Below the pieces are notes generated by a model. That model was not told the origin of the DNA and did not search any database. It saw only the letters and a list, made by a program, of their open reading frames with translations. Shown here one piece after another: positions 22,645 to 25,642 of a stretch of 25,642 nt of DNA. Position 1 is the stretch's first letter, and each line of letters begins with the position of its first letter. Position numbers and translations under genes: made by a program. Source of the DNA: a virus (Duplodnaviria; Caudoviricetes); IMG/VR virus record IMGVR_UViG_3300005611_000175, positions 1 to 25,642 of that record; one strand, given 5' to 3'.

Positions 22645-23285
22645 TCCATTAGTCCTCGACGGCGCAGTTCTTCAGCCAGCTGCGGATCATTCTTTGCTCG
22701 ACGGCGCAGCTCAAGGATAGCCGCTTCCGGACCCACCTTCGGCTGCTCGCCAAGAGACGCTCCTTCCATAATGTCATCGAAAGCCTTTCCAGCGCTAACC
22801 TTCATCGCTTCCAGTGCGTTCCGCCGAGCACGGCGCTTGGCTTTCATTACCTCGGGGCTATCCCCTGGCATGGGAGCGTAAGTGCGCTCAATAAGCCCGA
22901 TCTCAGATTCGTTGATCTGCGCGCCGCTTTCTTCCCGCAGCTGAGCCGTGAGGAAGTCGTTCATGGCGCGCCGATACAGCTGATACTTCGGGGAGAGCAG
23001 GAAGTTCTCCGCCAGATCAGGAATAAACGGCGCGTATTCAACCAGCAGCGAATCTTTGAAGTTGATCGGATCAAAGCCGCTATCCTCGATGGCTTCAATC
23101 TCATCGAGAGCGTTGGCCATGCGCAGAGCAAAGCCAGCATTTGTTCGCTGCCCCTCAGTAAAGGGATCCTTGGATTTCTCGGTCCCAGCAATGGGCGTAA
23201 CCCGAACGCCAGAAGGCGCCGCAGCAGACGGCGCCCCGAGGTTCAGGCTTTGGATCTCTTCTGGCGTCAGGGATCGTAGAGGCAT
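22641..23285 (-). CDS. Putative internal virion protein (214 aa)
   Basis: TEGQ..NAGFA.RM, F.TA.LR.ESGA.I..SE......Y.P.PGDS..V..AK...R motifs; cluster context. Confidence 0.65.
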   Translation of the reverse strand: MPLRSLTPEEIQSLNLGAPSAAAPSGVRVTPIAGTEKSKDPFTEGQRTNAGFALRMANALDEIEAIEDSGFDPINFKDSLLVEYAPFIPDLAENFLLSPKYQLYRRAMNDFLTAQLREESGAQINESEIGLIERTYAPMPGDSPEVMKAKRRARRNALEAMKVSAGKAFDDIMEGASLGEQPKVGPEAAILELRRRAKNDPQLAEELRRRGLME

Positions 23286-24076
23286 CAGTCTGGTTCCATC
23301 ACCGCGTAATCGACCGTCCCATCGGGATTGCGTCGATAGTAAACGGGATTGCCGTTGGGGTCATTCTGTCCCGTGGGAGAGAAGCCAGCCGGGACGCCGG
23401 GTTGAGATCCTGCTGGTGCTCCGAAGATCTCTGCGATATTCAGCCCTGGCTGCTCCACTTCAACCATGCCGGTTTCTGTTGATTGCAGGCTTCGCTTGGG
23501 TTTCTGCAAAAACGCTAGGGCTACTTTGTACTCCGGAGTGTTCTTGATATTAGGATCTCTTTCTGCAGCAAGGATGAGATTCAGCGCCTGCGCTTCTACC
23601 GTCTTGCTTTCGAAGTAACCGCCGCTGCGCTTCATCTGCTCAAGCTGAAGTTTGAAACCAGCATCGGCCATGGCGCGCTTGAGTTCTTCGCTCTCTGCCT
23701 GCTGCTTGCGCAGATCCTCATAAGCCAAGGATCGAAGTTTCTGCGCCATGTCGTCCATCTGGGCGCGGCGTTTCTCCTGCATCTCGTTGAAGAGACCGAA
23801 GCCCATGGCTAGGCCATAGCCCACCGAGGAGGGGCGCCCACTCTGGGCCTGAGCCACCAAGCCTTTGCTGAGGGCGCTCGCCAGATCGAAGATGTTTGAG
23901 CGGCGCTGCTGGGGAACCAGCATCTGCAGCTCTTGGATCCGCGCTGCGAGATCCTGCTGGGTGATGGGCTTGCGCTGGTTTTGAATCTCTTCAAGCTGCT
24001 TCCTATAAGCATCCAGCGGGCCACCGTCTGCGTACCCTTTAATCTGCTCTGGCATCTGCGCTCTGCTAATCGCCAT
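23285..24076 (-). CDS. Putative internal virion protein (263 aa)
   Basis: MAISRAQM...GYADGG N-terminus, coiled-coil body; cluster context. Confidence 0.65.
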   Translation of the reverse strand: MAISRAQMPEQIKGYADGGPLDAYRKQLEEIQNQRKPITQQDLAARIQELQMLVPQQRRSNIFDLASALSKGLVAQAQSGRPSSVGYGLAMGFGLFNEMQEKRRAQMDDMAQKLRSLAYEDLRKQQAESEELKRAMADAGFKLQLEQMKRSGGYFESKTVEAQALNLILAAERDPNIKNTPEYKVALAFLQKPKRSLQSTETGMVEVEQPGLNIAEIFGAPAGSQPGVPAGFSPTGQNDPNGNPVYYRRNPDGTVDYAVMEPD

Positions 24077-24085
24077 GGTTTACCC

Positions 24086-25642
24086 CTAGATGATCCGACT
24101 GCCACCGGGCATAACTGCTGCGGAGGCTTGCGGCTGGAAGAACTGCCCCAGCGCGCCAAGGGTTCCAAGCCCCGTGGCCAAACCAGCCTGCAGCGGGCTA
24201 GGCGGCGGAGCGTACTGGGTCTGGATCTGCGTGGTTCCTCGGGGAGCCATGGAGACAAAGGGCGCCAGCGCTTGGTACTGGGCAAGCGGCGCCTGCTGAG
24301 CCTGCAGTGCTGCCTGACGCTGGGCGTCGAGGAGCGCCTGCTGTTGCTGCTGCTGCAGAGCGCCAATGCCGCCAAGGGCTGAGACATCTGCTCCAACGGC
24401 TTGCTGCGCTTGCTGCCCCAAACCGGCGAACTGCTGGGCCGCTGCCTGCTGGGCACCGAGCTGCTGAAGACCGGCTTGACCGAAAGCGCCGCCGAGAGCT
24501 TGCTGCGCACCGGCAACCTGCCCTGCGGTTCCAAGAGCCTGTTGGCCTGCCTGCTGCATGGCTTGCTGTTGGGTCTGCCCCAAACCAGCAAGGGTCTGAC
24601 CAAGCTGCGTGCCTGCCCCGTAGAGCTGGCCTGCCTGCTGCCCAAGGACGCCACCAAGCTGCTGCTGAGCACCGAGGCGTTGCTGTGCCGCCTGGCCCAT
24701 CTGCTGAGCCAGTTGCTGCTGAGCGCCAAGCTGTTGTCCAGCGGTAGATTGAAGCATCTGGCCGTAACCTTGACCTGCAGCCAACCGCTGTTGTGCTGCA
24801 GTGCTGGTCATCCCCGCAAGCTGCTGCTGGGAGGCAAGGCGCTGGGCTGCAGTTTGCCCAAGCTGACTAGCGAGCTGCTGTTGAGATCCAAGGCGCTGCT
24901 GGGCCGCCTGGCCCATCTGCTGGGCCAAGCCCTGCTGTGCTGCCAGCTGCTGCCCTGCCGTGGACTGCAAGAGCTGGCCGTAGCCCTGGCCGGCAGCCAG
25001 GCGCTGCTGGGCGGCTGTGGCGCCCATGCCAGCGAGCTGTTGCTGTGCGCCAAGGCGCTGAGCTGCCGTTTGCCCAAGCTGGCCAGCGAGGGACTGTTGG
25101 GCTGCAAGGCGCTGCTGCGCTTCGGTTCCAAGTTGACCGGCCAAGGCTTGCTGAGCAGCAAGACGCTGGGCACCGGCTTGACCCAGTCGCGATGCCTGAG
25201 CCGACTCGGCTGCAAGGCGCTGAGCCTCGGTCTGCCCCATGGTAGAGGCAAGGCGTTCGCGAGCACCCAGCTCCTGCCCAGCTAAACCAGCAAGGCCAGA
25301 GGCTGCGGCACGCTCTGCCTCACGCTGACGGGCGAACTCACCCATGGCCGCTTGCTGGGCGCGCTGGAAGCCACCTGAGCGGATTCCTGCAAGAGCCTCT
25401 GCCATGCCTCGGCCCAGAGCGCGCTGCCGCTCCTCGGCGCCTAGACGCGCCCTGGAGCCAAAGGCAGATTCTCCGCCACGGGCAATGTCTTGGGCGCGAG
25501 CAGCCACGTCGGCCATCTCGCCCCGCTCAAGAATGTCCTGCATGGTTTGCTGGACCACGCGCTCCTCAAAGGGATCGTAGAACTGCTCGGTCATCCCCGG
25601 CTGGAAGGCGCCCCGGGTTCCCGCGACCCACGCCTCGCGGCC
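24086..25642 (-). CDS. Gln/Ala/Gly-rich pilot/ejection protein with 18-aa repeats (5'-truncated)
   Basis: Frame stays open from 25594 to the window edge; FYDPFEERVVQQT...GESAFGSRA motif, 13 tandem 18-aa units, C-terminal PSPLQAGLATGLGTLG. Confidence 0.75.
   Translation of the reverse strand, partial: GREAWVAGTRGAFQPGMTEQFYDPFEERVVQQTMQDILERGEMADVAARAQDIARGGESAFGSRARLGAEERQRALGRGMAEALAGIRSGGFQRAQQAAMGEFARQREAERAAASGLAGLAGQELGARERLASTMGQTEAQRLAAESAQASRLGQAGAQRLAAQQALAGQLGTEAQQRLAAQQSLAGQLGQTAAQRLGAQQQLAGMGATAAQQRLAAGQGYGQLLQSTAGQQLAAQQGLAQQMGQAAQQRLGSQQQLASQLGQTAAQRLASQQQLAGMTSTAAQQRLAAGQGYGQMLQSTAGQQLGAQQQLAQQMGQAAQQRLGAQQQLGGVLGQQAGQLYGAGTQLGQTLAGLGQTQQQAMQQAGQQALGTAGQVAGAQQALGGAFGQAGLQQLGAQQAAAQQFAGLGQQAQQAVGADVSALGGIGALQQQQQQALLDAQRQAALQAQQAPLAQYQALAPFVSMAPRGTTQIQTQYAPPPSPLQAGLATGLGTLGALGQFFQPQASAAVMPGGSRII
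24581..25282 (-). repeat. Intragenic 54-bp (18-aa) tandem repeat with a 216-bp higher-order duplication
   Basis: Consensus AQQRL(A/G)AQQQLAxQ(L/M)GQx; aa 159-230 and 231-302 of the track ORF are near-duplicates. Confidence 0.85.

Overview
A 25.6-kb internal fragment of a tailed dsDNA phage genome (roughly 60% GC by eye, podovirus-like). Sigma70-type promoters, AGGAG Shine-Dalgarno sites and an IHF box suggest a proteobacterial host. Both window ends cut through virion genes. From left to right: two tail/structural genes; a small cassette ending in a 265-aa serine recombinase; a 1016-aa multi-effector protein (ART-like, GNAT, pre-toxin-like hairpin, Zeta-like kinase); a Holliday-junction resolvase; a 600-bp palindrome- and G-run-rich non-coding stretch; terminase small subunit; an iteron/IHF/AT-rich putative origin; a TOPRIM primase-VapE/VirE helicase fusion; a divergent operon (SSB-like, truncated DUF3310-like, RecE/ExoVIII-like nuclease, HNH-type nuclease); about 5.5 kb of small early genes; a 2OG-Fe(II) oxygenase; an RHH regulator; and four ejection/internal virion proteins. 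The best candidate for an undescribed system is the 1016-aa protein. It looks like a modular, probably virion-delivered, polymorphic-toxin-like effector array, with repeated linkers, a duplicated N-terminal tag at an internal start, and terminal motifs shared with the ejection proteins. The second is a regulon of promoters that all carry a CGACACGG spacer box, which also occurs in the putative origin. All family assignments come from motif recognition by eye; no database searches were run.
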